Source: Macrostomum hystrix
Lineage: Eukaryota > Animalia > Platyhelminthes
DNA length: 64,000 bases
Assembly: GCA_950097015.1 (NCBI GenBank)
Contig: CATNEN010000008.1
Coordinates: 4,464,001-4,528,000 of the forward strand
Direction of reading: 5' to 3'
In this document: in pieces, positions 12,218-24,702 of the stretch
Numbering within the stretch: the first letter of the stretch is position 1
Layout: each line of letters opens with the position of its first letter
The notes under the pieces: generated by a model
Seen by the model: the letters and a program-made list of their open reading frames with translations, nothing else
Told to the model about the DNA's origin: nothing
Database searches by the model: none
Program-made: the position numbers and the translations under genes

Positions 12218-12830
12218 AAATTGTCCCCAGTCCGATTGTCCCCAGTCAAATTGTCCCCAGTCCGATTGTCCCCAGTCCGACTGTCCCCAGTCCGATTGTC
12301 CCCAGTCAAATTGTCCCTAGTCTAATTGTCCCCAGTCAAATTGTCCCCAGTCCAATTGTCCCCAGTCAAATTGTCCCCAGTCAAATTGTCCCCAGTCAAA
12401 TTGTCCCTAGTCTAATTGTCCCCAGTCAAATTGTCCCTAGTCTAATTGTCCCCAGTCAAATTGTCCCCAGTCCAATTGTCCCCAGTCAAATTGTCCCCAG
12501 TCAAATTGTCCCCAGTCAAATTGTCCCTAGTCTAATTGTCCCCAGTCAAATTGTCCCCAGTCCAATTGTCCCCAGTCAAATTGTCCCCAGTCAAATTGTC
12601 CCCAGTCAAATTGTCCCCAGTCAAATTGTCCCCAGTCAAATTTTCCCTAGTCCAATTGTCCCCAGTCCAATTGTCCCCAGTCCAATTGTCCCCAGTCCGA
12701 TTGTCCCCAGTCCGATTGTCCCCAGTCAAATTTTCCCTAGTCCAATTGTCCCCAGTCAAATTGTCCCTAGTCCAATTGTCCCCAGTCAAATTGTCCCCAG
12801 TCAAATTGTTCCCAGTCCAATTGTCCCCAG
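12218..12830. repeat. 15-bp minisatellite (AATTGTCCCCAGTCA)n
   Basis: Direct inspection; about 40 units. Confidence 0.97.
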
Positions 12831-13263
12831 TGAGTTAAATAATTAAAACCACAATGATTCACTGTTTGCGCAGTTGAAAAGCTACAAATTAATTTTCTAA
12901 AACAAAATTTCTCCTGTATTTTTGTCACTTTTTTATTTCATACAAAATGTACTTTTATTGGGTAAATATAGTTTGTGATTAGAACTTGTGACACTTCATT
13001 GTTATAAAAACGTGTTAAACAGCAAAAAGAATATTTTACTCGAAGTACCTGAAGTTTTTACTGAACAAAATTGTTTAAGAATTTAACTGTCCTGATTTTT
13101 TTCTGAGAAGCAGATAGCAATAATAAACTCTGAAAGTAAATTGTACAGTAACTCAAGAATGGGATGCTCATTCTCTATAGTGAAAGTCACAGCCATAACC
13201 TGGGCCTAAGAACATTGTCAACACCGAGGCCCAGATTTAGTTTATTCAGGAATCAAAGCATTG

Positions 13264-15027
13264 TCACTGGCCAATCCTCGTCACCTGCAGGAAGGTGAGT
13301 TCCTTCCTACAAACGTGCAGCCTGAACTGATCCTGCCTCTCTCTGATTCCGTCCAGACTTGTCAGACTGACCCGGATTCGAGCTCCGGCCCGCAGGTGCC
13401 GTATGCCGATCGTCATGCAGGTCAAGGGCCGGCTGACGCTCAGTGACCTGGCAGCCGAACTGGGATCACTGTCGTCGATGTGCAAGGCGCACTCGATGGT
13501 GCGGACTGAGCTGGCATCCACCAGCTGGGCCACGAGCTGCGTGGTCATGTGGTACAGGCCGGGGCGCAGTACAACCAGTGTGGAGCCGCCATCGGCCAGA
13601 GAGAAGGCACCGTCTGCGACGTTTCCACTGCTGCTGTCTGGAGTCCATGGCGCCACAGTCACTGAGCTCTTGCCAGCTGGAATGCAATTTTAAGGGGCTA
13701 AATGACTGCAGACCTATTGCGGTACCAACTACCAACTGCAGTACCAACTACAGAACCAACTACAGAACCAACTACAGAACCAACTACAGAACCAACTACA
13801 GAACCAACTACAGAACCAACTACTGCACCAACTACAGGACCAACTACAGAACCAACTACAGAACCAACTACAGTACCAACTACAGTACCAACTATGGTAC
13901 CAAAAGCAGTGCCAACTACAGTACCAACAACAGAACTAACTATGGTACCAACTACAGTACCAACTAAACCACCAACTACAGTACCAACTAAACCACCAAC
14001 TACAGGACCAACTACAGTACCAACAATTACTAACAGTTGTCTAATCGGTTACCTCTGCTCAGAATGTCCATGTCGCGGCACAGATTCCCATAGAACTTGC
14101 TTTGACACGATTCCAAGCGTTCGTAAGCGATCCGCAGAGTGATCTAGAATGCGTATTGAATTCGTTTGTCAGGATTCAGAAGGCCCATGTTGGTCAGTGA
14201 TTGAATACCCAGCCAGGATTTTGTAGGGCTTACATTATCAGCCAAGACGCTGTTCGCATTGTCCATGGTCCTGGCCACCTGCAGGTAGGTGCTCTCCGGC
14301 TTGAACACTTGGATCCTGAACTGGCTCTTGTCCAGAGAGTCGTCAAGGTTGCGCAACCGGACACCAATCACGTCACCACCCCGCAGCCTCAGAATGCTGA
14401 CCGCCAGGCAGCTGATTGGCCGGCCGGCGCTCACGGACCGACCAGAGAAGGCCGCCCGGCCGTTGATGGTGATGTCGCACACGACGTCCTTGGCTGCGCC
14501 GGCTTCCTCCAGCAGCAGCTGGGTGGTGAGCTGAGTTTTTATTTTATACAAACCAGGCCGCTGCACCTGCACCTGTGCCGCCTGATTGACCACCGCGAAG
14601 CTGCCAGCCTTGGCGGTGCCATCGACAATGGCCCAAGGTCCGAGCTCGACATTTTTCTGACCCTCTGAAGTTTAAAAGTCAGTCAGTCAACAAATTCTGG
14701 TTAATTCTCTAAATAACAAACCATTGGCATTTAAAAAATTTAGCTAATTTTCTCACTTTTGGTCAGCACGATGGAGTTGCGGCAGAGGCTGCCGTTAAAA
14801 ACTCCCTGGCACGATGTCAGTTGTTGGGAGTCGACTTTCATAAAAATCTGGAAGTTAACATTAAGAAATAGTTATTTGAGCCGTACAGTTAGGCGCGAAG
14901 GTTCACAAAGGTGCGCGAAATTTACCGTGTCGGGAAGTTGGGACGAGTTCCCGAAAGGCGCGCCTTGCGCCAGCGGTATTCCTCCTAGGAGCAGCAGAAT
15001 AGCGACCACGGCTCCGAAGCTGAGCAT
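13264..15027 (-). CDS. TNF-like gene B with two tandem TNF homology domains (375 aa, or 389 aa from ATG 15069; 5 exons)
   Basis: Exons 15027-14926, 14847-14757, 14664-14234, 14143-14053 and 13676-13264 (phases 0, 1, 0, 1), all GT-AG with an open frame. N-terminal hydrophobic segment MLSFGAVVAILLLLGGIPLAQGA. Both domains have PGLY...TQL, L(R/H)xxG and T(Y/F)LQVxR motifs. TATA-like TATAAAT near 15151-15157. Confidence 0.75.
13728..14020. repeat. 12-bp minisatellite (ACCAACTACAGA)n in intron 4 of gene B
   Basis: Tandem units lying between the exons ending at 14053 and starting at 13676. Confidence 0.92.
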
Positions 15028-15782
15028 TCTCAGATGAGAAGTAGATTGATTCTTGGCGCAACTGGGCATACTGGCGAAATTTGATCAGGAAGCCTCGGTG
15101 AGTTTCTCTTAGAAGACTCGTTAACTTTGTGGCAGAGAAATTTGCGCCTTATTTATAGGCAATTTTTTGTCAGGTCATCCGCGCACTTCAGTCTAAATTG
15201 TCACTTCCGTTGGTTTCGCCACAGGCTGTAAATAGCATCAGTTTAGCCTCGCCCTCGACCAAGCCCTTCTAAAAATAGCGCCCGCCAACTCGAAAAGCCG
15301 CCAATTTTTTCATTCGCCATTCCGCACCGCCATTGTGTGATTCTTCCTGAAAATAACCTCTCGCCTTTGTTGACCATTGCCAAAAATACCCATTGTGCAC
15401 CTGCCACAGTGGATGAAATTAGAAACCTGTTGTTTGTGTTATCAATAAACTTCGACCTAGAGATTAATCAGAACTTGAATAGTTTTTTAATTTCTCAATT
15501 TGGCAACATTTCTTAGAAACAAAGTTCACCATCGCATACATTTTTAGACGAAAACATATTTTAAAGAAATTTCCTAAATACAATGGCCTTTTAAACGCCC
15601 TAAAATTCTATGATTTTAGTATTTTAAAAATAAAATCACGAAAAAAGTACCGGTTTATTAAACAAATATTATGATTCTCAATAATTGTTGCCCATCTGAC
15701 GGACAGGCCCAAAATATTCCTTTAATTAATTCCCACTCCACTTAAATAATTTGCGCCATTTAGCAAGACAAACTGAATGCCA

Positions 15783-18700
15783 AAAGAGTGTCTCAGTATC
15801 CCTGAAGAGTGTCTCAGCATCCCTGAAGGGTGTCTTAGTATCCCTGAAGAGTGTCTAAGCATCCCTGAAGAGTGTCTCAGTATCCCTGAAGAGTGTCTAA
15901 GCATCCCTGAAGGGTGTCTTAGTATCCCTGAAGAGTGTCTAAGCATCCCTGAAGAGTGTCTAAGCATCCCTGAAGGGTGTCTTAGTATCCCTGAAGAGTG
16001 TCTAAGCATCCCTGTAGAGTGTCTCAGTATCCCTGAAGAGTGTCTCAGTATCCCTGAAGAGTGTCTAAGCATCCCTGAAGGGTGTCTCAGTATCCCTGAA
16101 GAGTGCCTCAGCATCCCTGAAGGGTGTCTCAGCATCCCTGAAGGGTGTCTCAGTATCCCTGAAGAGTGTCTCAGCATCCCTGAAGGGTGTCTCAGTATCC
16201 CTGAAGAGTGTCTAAGCATCCCTGAAGAGTGTCTCAGTATCACTGAAGAGTGTCTAAGCATCCCTGAAGAGTGTCTAAGCATCCCTGAAGAGTGTCTAAG
16301 CATCCCTGAAGAGTGTCTAAGCATCCCTGAAGGGTGTCTCAGCATCCCTGAAGAGTGTCTAAGCATCCCTGAAGAGTGTCTAAGCATCCCTGAAGAGTGT
16401 CTAAGCATCCCTGAAGAGTGTCTAAGCATCCCTGAAGGGTGTCTCAGCATCCCTGAAGGGTGTCTCAGTATCCCTGAAGAGTGTCTAAGCATCCCTGAAG
16501 GGTGTCTAAGCATCCCTGAAGGGTGTCTTAGTATCCCTGAAGGGTGTCTCAGCATCCCTGAAGGGTGTCTCAGCATCCCTGAAGGGTGTCTCAGTATCCC
16601 TGAAGAGTGTCTAAGCATCCCTGAAGAGTGTCTAATATCACTGAAGAGTGTCTCAGTATCCCTGAAGGGTGTCTCAGCATCCCTGAAGGGTGTCTCAGCA
16701 TCCCTGAAGGGTGTCTCAGTATCCCTGAAGAGTGTCTAAGCATCCCTGAAGAGTGTCTAATATCACTGAAGAGTGTATCAGTATCCCTGAAGAGTGTCTC
16801 AGTATCCCTGAAGAGTGTCTCAGCATCTCTGAAGAGTGTCTCAGTATCACTGAAGAGTGCCTCAGTATCCCTGAAGAGTGCCTCAGTATCCCTGAAGAGT
16901 GTCTAATATCACTGAAGAGTGTCTCAGTATCCCTGAAGAGTGTCTCAGCATCTCTGAAGAGTGTCTCAGTATCACTGAAGAGTGCCTCAGTATCCCTGAA
17001 GAGTGCCTCAGTATCCCTGAAGAGTGTCTAATATCACTGAAGAGTGTCTTAGTATCCCTGAAGAGTGTCTTAGTATCCCTGAAGAGTGTCTCAGTATCTC
17101 TGAAGAGTGTCTTAGTATCCCTGAAGAGTGTCTCAGTATCCCTGAAGAGTGTCTCAGTATCCCTGAAGAGTGCCTCAGTATCCCTGAAGAGTGTCTAATA
17201 TCACTGAAGAGTGTCTCAGTATCCCTGAAGAGTGTCTCAGTATCCCTGAAGAGTGTCTTAGTATCACTGAAGAGTGTCTCAGTATCCCTGAAGAGTGTCT
17301 CAGTATCCTGAAGAGTGTCTCAGTATCCCTGAAGAGTGTCTTAGTATCCCTGAAGAGTGTCTTAGTATCCCTGAAGAGTGTCTCAGCATCCCTGAAGAGT
17401 GTCTAATATCACTGAAGAGTGTCTCAGTATCCCTGAAGAGTGTCTCAGCATCCCTGAAGAGTGTCTAATATCACTGAAGAGTGTCTCAGTATCCCTGAAG
17501 AGTGTCTCAGCATCCCTGAAGAGTGTCTAATATCACTGAAGAGTGTCTCAGCATCCCTGAAGAGTGTCTAATATCACTGAAGAGTGTCTCAGTATCCCTG
17601 AAGAGTGTCTCAGCATCCCTGAAGAGTGTCTAATATCACTGAAGAGTGTCTCAGTATCCCTGAAGAGTGTCTCAGCATCCCTGAAGAGTGTCTAATATCA
17701 CTGAAGAGTGTCTCAGTATCCCTGAAGAGTGTCTCAGCATCCCTGAAGAGTGTCTAATATCACTGAAGAGTGTCTCAGTATCCCTGAAGAGTGTCTCAGC
17801 ATCCCTGAAGAGTGTCTAATATCACTGAAGAGTGTCTCAGTATCCCTGAAGAGTGTCTCAGCATCCCTGAAGAGTGTCTAATATCACTGAAGAGTGTCTC
17901 AGCATCCCTGAAGAGTGTCTAATATCACTGAAGAGTGTCTCAGTATCCCTGAAGAGTGTCTCAGCATCCCTGAAGAGTGTCTAATATCACTGAAGAGTGT
18001 CTCAGTATCCCTGAAGAGTGTCTCAGCATCCCTGAAGAGTGTCTAATATCACTGAAGAGTGTCTCAGTATCCCTGAAGAGTGTCTCAGCATCCCTGAAGA
18101 GTGTCTAATATCACTGAAGAGTGTCTCAGTATCCCTGAAGAGTGCCTCAGTATCCCTGAAGAGTGTCTAATATCACTGAAGAGTGTCTCAGTATCCCTGA
18201 AGAGTGTCTCAGTATCCCTGAAGAGTGTCTTAGTATCACTGAAGAGTGTCTCAGTATCCCTGAAGAGTGTCTCAGTATCCTGAAGAGTGTCTCAGTATCC
18301 CTGAAGAGTGTCTTAGTATCCCTGAAGAGTGTCTTAGTATCCCTGAAGAGTGTCTCAGCATCCCTGAAGAGTGTCTAATATCACTGAAGAGTGTCTCAGC
18401 ATCCCTGAAGAGTGTCTAATATCACTGAAGAGTGTCTCAGTATCCCTGAAGAGTGTCTCAGCATCCCTGAAGAGTGTCTAATATCACTGAAGAGTGTCTC
18501 AGTATCCCTGAAGAGTGCCTCAGTATCCCTGAAGAGTGTCTAATATCACTGAAGAGTGTCTCAGTATCCCTGAAGAGTGTCTCAGTATCCCTGAAGAGTG
18601 TCTTAGTATCACTGAAGAGTGTCTCAGTATCCCTGAAGAGTGTCTCAGTATCCTGAAGAGTGTCTCAGTATCCCTGAAGAGTGTCTTAGTATCCCTGAAG

Positions 18701-18963
18701 AGTGTCTTAGTATCCCTGAAGAGTGTCTCAGCATCCCTGAAGAGTGTCTAATATCACTGAAGAGTGTCTCAGCATCCCTGAAGAGTGTCTAATATCACTG
18801 AAGAGTGTCTCAGTATCCCTGAAGAGTGTCTCAGCATCCCTGAAGAGTGTCTAATATCACTGAAGAGTGTCTCAGTATCCCTGAAGAGTGTCTCAGCATC
18901 CCTGAAGAGTGTCTAATATCACTGAAGAGTGTCTCAATATCCCTGAAGGGTGTCTCAGTATGC
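15783..18963. repeat. 21-bp satellite (CCCTGAAGAGTGTCTCAGTAT)n, array 1
   Basis: About 150 units with 42/63-bp higher-order patterns. Confidence 0.97.
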
Positions 18964-19777
18964 CTAAAGTCTACTCCTAGGTGTCCTTAGTTTAACACAG
19001 TATAGTTTCAGTCCACCCAAAATGTGTACGGACCCAATTGAGGCAGGTGTAATAAATGAAGATCAAAATATTTTTCTCGTAGAGGCGAGAAAGAGAACTT
19101 CCACTCTCTAAATTCTCTACCTGTGACAGATTTCTTTTAATTCTCCTAATTTGTTCAGGTGTCCTTTTGTAGACAAGCGGAGAATGACTCAAGTACCTCG
19201 GCGTAGCTGTCATGCTGTCTGTGCGAACAACCTTGTTGTTGCCATTATAAACTATCCATAACTGACCTTGCAAGCACTGAAAATGAACAATTCTGCAAAG
19301 AAACTATTTTTTAAATTTTATTTGACGCTTTCAACGGATGAAAATATTTCAGTAGTATCGGCAGTACTACGGCAGTAGTATCTACAGTGAAAGCTGTAAT
19401 TTTTGTTGTGTAACTGCTAGTACTACAAAGCTACTGTTGTGCCATACGAAATTGACTTTGGATTGTCAAACCCGATTTGTTTCATTGATATCTAAAGCAA
19501 CCAAACTTGGGAATCGAAGGAGAAAAGCTTCGATGTTTTTGGAAGGAATGTTTTTGCATAGCTATTATATAAGCGTATATTTCATGCATAAGTAGTCATG
19601 AAAAGTAGGCGAACAAAGGCACAATAGAAAATTTCTTTATAACAAAAGTTTGGCAGTGGAATCAAAAGAGGCAAAGTTGAGAATTAGCTTTGCTTCGGTT
19701 AGAATGAATAAATGTGCAGCAGATGAGGGCTTATGTACATTATGCTGATCCCAAAGTCCCAAGGTCGCGTTGAAGAG

Positions 19778-20542
19778 TCACGGCAGCCGCACCGCACGAA
19801 TGTAGGTGCTGGCCTCAGTTGTCTGCAGCTCCTGCCGACTCAGCATCCGCAACTTCATCGTGACTTTGTCGCCAGCCCGCAGCGTCACCAGAATGTTCAG
19901 CTTGCAGACGAGGCTGACATCCGTGACAGCGGTGCCAGGCTCCGATTGCAACATCTCGTGCTCGCAGACGCGCCTACCGATCACACCGTTGATGGCCAAG
20001 CCGCCGGACAGGTGCAAGTCACCCGAGCTGAAGCGAACGCGCGCGGCTGCGTCAACGATGTAGACGCTGTCGCGAAGGGCACGGATGTGCCTCCGGTCGG
20101 GCGTCAGCTCAAAGTCCTCGGCCAGCTCGCCAAAATGCTTGAGTGGCCCCAGACTGCCAGCAGTCATGTATCGCCTGGCCTCCCAGCAGGGGTCGCCAGG
20201 GCATGCGCCGGTGTTGGACACGTCCAGAAAGAACTCTGACAGTCGGGCGCTCTGCGGCTTGTCCTGTCTGTGCGGGCTGCTCAATCGGCCGATCTGCTGC
20301 AAGTTTCGGACGCTGAGGGCCAGCGCAACGAGCGCGCAGGTCGCGAGGGCCACGCCAGCGACGACTCCAAGGCGGGGCCTCCAGCAGCTTTGAGATGATC
20401 GTAGCCTCGAGGATGTGACACCTTCTTCTAGTCGGCATAGCTCCGTCGGGGTGACGCACTTCGATTCAAGTTCGCTGAAATTATCCGTGATAGTTTCGGC
20501 TGAGCCATCCACTGCCTGGTGGGCCTTGTCGGTTACTCTCAT
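19778..20542 (-). CDS. TNF-ligand-like gene C (type II membrane, 254 aa, intronless)
   Basis: Single ORF with TM LGVVAGVALATCALVALALSV. TNF-like FELTPDRRHIRALRDSVYIVDA, LVTLRAGDKVTM and STYIRAVRL. TATAAG near 20672-20677. Confidence 0.75.
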   Translation of the reverse strand: MRVTDKAHQAVDGSAETITDNFSELESKCVTPTELCRLEEGVTSSRLRSSQSCWRPRLGVVAGVALATCALVALALSVRNLQQIGRLSSPHRQDKPQSARLSEFFLDVSNTGACPGDPCWEARRYMTAGSLGPLKHFGELAEDFELTPDRRHIRALRDSVYIVDAAARVRFSSGDLHLSGGLAINGVIGRRVCEHEMLQSEPGTAVTDVSLVCKLNILVTLRAGDKVTMKLRMLSRQELQTTEASTYIRAVRLP

Positions 20543-21002
20543 GGCTGTGGCTGAGTTCTTGTGAGTTTGAATTTTAGCTACCTTTTTTACGGCGCGTTTA
20601 AATTTTGTTTAAACGGACGCTTCCCCGATAAATCCCTGGATTGGCCCTGGCACAAGCCGTTGGCGACGTTCCTTATAGCTCGGTGCTGGCATGTACACGC
20701 GTACGTAATCTATTTTTAGTTTTTTAGCATTCGGAATTTCCCTGGGACTTCCAATGGCCTTCTTGACTTCCTTCTAGTGACTCAATTAAGAAGTACGTTT
20801 TTTATCACAAGGAAGTTTGCTTTGGTACAAGCAATGAGTCATGCTGATACTATTGCGAAAAAAATTCAAACAATTCTTTTTTGTAATAACAGCCTAGCAT
20901 TCTTATCTACCCTAAAAGTGCACTAAGGATTGTAAAGAGAGGTGAAGCCTTCGTGATTTCCTCTAAACAACTGTGCTTTAATGATCTCTGTATAGTATTT
21001 TG

Positions 21003-22700
21003 GAATGCCTGAAGAGTGTCTTAGTATCCCTGAAGAGTGTCTTAGTAGCCCTGAAGAGTGTCTTAGTATCACTGAAGAGTGTCTTAGTATCACTGAAGAG
21101 TGTCTTAGTATCCCTGAAGAGTGTCTCAGTATCACTGAAGAGTGTCTCAGTATCCCTGAAGAGTGTCTTAGTATCACTGAAGAGTGTCTTAGTATCACTG
21201 AAGAGTGTCTTAGTACCACTGAAGAGTGTCTAAGTATCCCTGAAGAGTGTCTTAGTACCACTGAAGAGTGTCTAAGACCACTAAGGAGTGTCTCAGCATC
21301 ACTGAAGGGTGTCTCAGTAACCCTGAAGAGTGTCTTAGTATCCCTGAAGAGTGTCTTAGTATCCCTGAAGAGTGTCTAAGTATCCCTGAAGAGTGTCTTA
21401 GTATCCCTGAAGAGTGTCTTAGTATCCCTGAAGAGTGTCTTAGCATCACTGAAGAGTGTCTCAGTATCACTGAAGAGTGTCTTAGTATCACTGAAGAGTG
21501 TCTTAGCATCACTGAAGAGTGTCTCAGTATCCCTGAAGAGTGTCTTAGCATCACTGAAGAGTGTCTTAGCATCACTGAAGAGTGTCTTAGTATCCCTGAA
21601 GAGTGTCTTAGTATCACTGAAGAGTGTCTTAGCATCACTGAAGAGTGTCTCAGTATCCCTGAAGAGTGTCTTAGTACCACTGAAGAGTGTCTAAGACCAC
21701 TAAGGAGTGTCTCAGCATCACTGAAGGGTGTCTCAGTAACCCTGAAGAGTGTCTTAGTATCCCTGAAGAGTGTCTTAGTATCCCTGAAGAGTGTCTAAGT
21801 ATCCCTGAAGAGTGTCTTAGTATCCCTGAAGAGTGTCTTAGTATCCCTGAAGAGTGTCTTAGCATCACTGAAGAGTGTCTTAGCATCACTGAAGAGTGTC
21901 TCAGTATCACTGAAGAGTGTCTTAGCATCACTGAAGAGTGTCTCAGTATCCCTGAAGAGTGTCTTAGCATCACTGAAGAGTGTCTTAGCATCACTGAAGA
22001 GTGTCTTAGTATCCCTGAAGAGTGTCTTAGTATCACTGAAGAGTGTCTTAGCATCACTGAAGAGTGTCTCAGTATCCCTGAAGAGTGTCTCAGTATCCCT
22101 GAAGAGTGTCTTAGTATCACTGAAGAGTGTCTTAGTATCCCTGAAGAGTGTCTTAGTATCCCTGAAGAGTGTCTTAGCATCACTGAAGAGTGTCTCAGTA
22201 TCACTGAAGAGTGTCTTAGCATCACTGAAGAGTGTCTCAGTATCACTGAAGAGTGTCTTAGCATCACTGAAGAGTGTCTCAGTATCCCTGAAGAGTGTCT
22301 TAGCATCACTGAAGAGTGTCTTAGCATCACTGAAGAGTGTCTCAGTATCCCTGAAGAGTGTCTTAATATCCCTGAAGAGTGTCTTAGCATCACTGAAGAG
22401 TGTCTTAGTATCCCTGAAGAGTGTCTCAGTATCACTGAAGAGTGTCTCAGTATCCCTGAAGAGTGTCTCAGTATCCCTGAAGAGTGTCTCAGCATCCCTG
22501 AAGAGTGTCTTAGCATCCCTGAAGAGTGTCTCAGTATCCCTGAAGAGTGTCTCAGTATCCCTGAAGAGTGTCTCAGTATCCCTGAAGAGTGTCTAAGTAT
22601 CACTGAAGACTGTCTCAGTATCCCTGAACAGTGTCTCAGCATCCCTGAAGAGTGTCTCAGCATCCCTGAAGAGTGTCTCAGCACTCCTGAAGAGTGTCAA
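21003..22700. repeat. 21-bp satellite, array 2 (same family and orientation as 15783-18963)
   Basis: Units CCCTGAAGAGTGTCTTAGTAT and CACTGAAGAGTGTCTTAGCAT. Contains a 419-bp internal duplication (21268 and 21687). Confidence 0.97.
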
Positions 22701-23245
22701 AGTACCATGTAGTTTGTCCACAAAGTTTTCACTAAATTGAAACCGTAGGGTCCCAGAAGAATGTGTGGGACATCCCTGAAGAGTATCGGGGAAGCCTGGA
22801 AGTGTCCTTTAGTCCCTGAAGGGTTTTTGCGTATCATTAAAGAGATTAGAAGACATCGAAATTTTTATGGCTAATAAGCTAGCAAAACTTTTCTGAATTT
22901 TCAGAATTCCGTGTATTGTAACACTAGATGACTGGTTGCACTTGCTAGTATATTTTGGCTAACAGAATGTGTTCCATTAAGAAAGTTTTAATGATGATAT
23001 ATACACGAAATATAAAGCTTTGGTATAAAACAGCTATGCTTTTATGCAGGACATGCAATTTTGTAATGTTGGACGATTAGCGTTAAATAATAAAAAGTAA
23101 CGAGATAGATGTTAATAAATGGAAGAGTAATGGAGCAGTAACAGCATGCCGCCAATTAGAACACTGCAGCTACATTGATTGAAGCAAATCGCACAATAAA
23201 CGGTCATTCGGTCATGTAATCCTGCAATGGATGCTCACAGTGTGC

Positions 23246-24043
23246 TCATCCGATGCGGACCAGCCTTAGAAATGTACTCCGGGATGATTTCTGAACCATC
23301 TGCCGATTGTGCAGGTTCAGTTTGATTGACAGCTCATCTCCGGCCAGCAGTTTGGCGTATCCGCTGAGCTGGCACTGCAGAGTCTCCGACTGCAGCCTCA
23401 GAGACTCTGCTGGCAGCACGGGGAGGCGCTGGAGACAGTTCAGCACATCCATTTTTTCCAGATTTTTGGAGCTGCCCGCTTGCTGTCTAATGACCTCGAT
23501 AGAGCCCTGCAGAGCCAGGCTGCCGGACTCGAAGGTCACGCGCACCTGAGCGTCAATGCCGAACACACCTGGACGCAGGATGCGAACCCGGCGTCGATCC
23601 TCGGTCAGCTGGAAGCAGCCAGCTTGGCTGGTTTGGTCTGTCTGGCGCAGCCGGCCCAGGCCAGTTTTGGTCATCATGTACTGCACGCCACTCAGGCACG
23701 GGTTTTCCAAGTTGCCTTCGTCCTCACATTTCTTCAAGGAAGATATGTCCAGAGCGAAAGCTGCGAATTGTGCCTGCGACTCGGCTGACTGCTGCTGCTG
23801 CTGCTGCATGGCCTGAAACAAGCGTCTTCTTCCGCTGATATTGCCGTTGAGCATCTCGTCTAGGCCAGCCGGTGAGTTCCGGTCTCCAATGACAACAAGG
23901 CAGATGGCAACGAGGCCTAGCAGCAAGCCGGACCCAGCAGCGGTGGCAAGGCAGGCTTTGCGGCACGAGCCGGATCGCCTAGGAGCAGCGGAATTCACTT
24001 CAATAGCTGACGGAGTCTGCACCAGAGGAAGTTCTTGAGACAT
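23246..24043 (-). CDS. TNF-ligand-like gene D (type II membrane, 265 aa, intronless)
   Basis: TM LLLGLVAICLVVIG and a basic stalk cluster GRRR. TNF motifs VRILRPGVFGIDAQV, YAKLLAGDELSI and STFLRLVRI. Confidence 0.8.
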   Translation of the reverse strand: MSQELPLVQTPSAIEVNSAAPRRSGSCRKACLATAAGSGLLLGLVAICLVVIGDRNSPAGLDEMLNGNISGRRRLFQAMQQQQQQSAESQAQFAAFALDISSLKKCEDEGNLENPCLSGVQYMMTKTGLGRLRQTDQTSQAGCFQLTEDRRRVRILRPGVFGIDAQVRVTFESGSLALQGSIEVIRQQAGSSKNLEKMDVLNCLQRLPVLPAESLRLQSETLQCQLSGYAKLLAGDELSIKLNLHNRQMVQKSSRSTFLRLVRIG

Positions 24044-24508
24044 GCCTGCTCTGATCTTATGCTCGTAGCAACAAAACTTGTCACGAATTACAGCATACTT
24101 TCACAGCACACACGCGCTTTTTATCTGTATGTATATATAGATTTGAGCGGAGTACCGTTAGACCACACAGTCTGGCCACTGTGCGACTAAAATTAGCTCG
24201 AGAGTAAGTTAAACGCGGTTGTCATTTACTTTGGTATGACCAGTGAAAAGCAGATTTGCGGTTTCAGACACCAGAGCCATTCTCTACTGTTTATTGAATT
24301 CAAAAGATATATGCCTAGTAAGCGCCACACTAGAATAAGCGAAACGACACTTTTTCACACTTTCATCATTTATTTTTAGCTGCAAAAACAAGCATTTTTT
24401 CTAAAATTAGAAGTTAATTCCTTGTGTGACGCGTCCGCAAAGATTTTACTTTAGATCTTCTTATGGCGGTATACAAATATAGCAATATTTTTAATTTTTT
24501 TTTACTTC

Positions 24509-24509
<1 letters not shown>

Positions 24510-24574
<65 letters not shown>

Positions 24575-24579
24575 CGTTC

Positions 24580-24628
<49 letters not shown>

Positions 24629-24702
24629 ATAGTTAGATAGATAGTTTAGTTTTTTTGTTTGTTTGGTAGTTTGTTTGTTTGTTTGTTTGTTTGTTTGTTT
24701 GT
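24510..24702. repeat. Microsatellites (TTAG)n and (GTTT)n
   Basis: Direct inspection. Confidence 0.95.

Noticed and set aside
13702-14142. Mucin-like PTTE ORF on the + strand
   Set aside because: A 12-bp minisatellite in intron 4 of gene B. The ORF runs antisense over the 91-nt exon 14143-14053 and lacks a signal peptide.
15722-22712. Many CLSIPEE and LRHSSG repeat ORFs
   Set aside because: Translations of the 21-bp satellite. They are broken by 1-bp indels, which shows no coding constraint.
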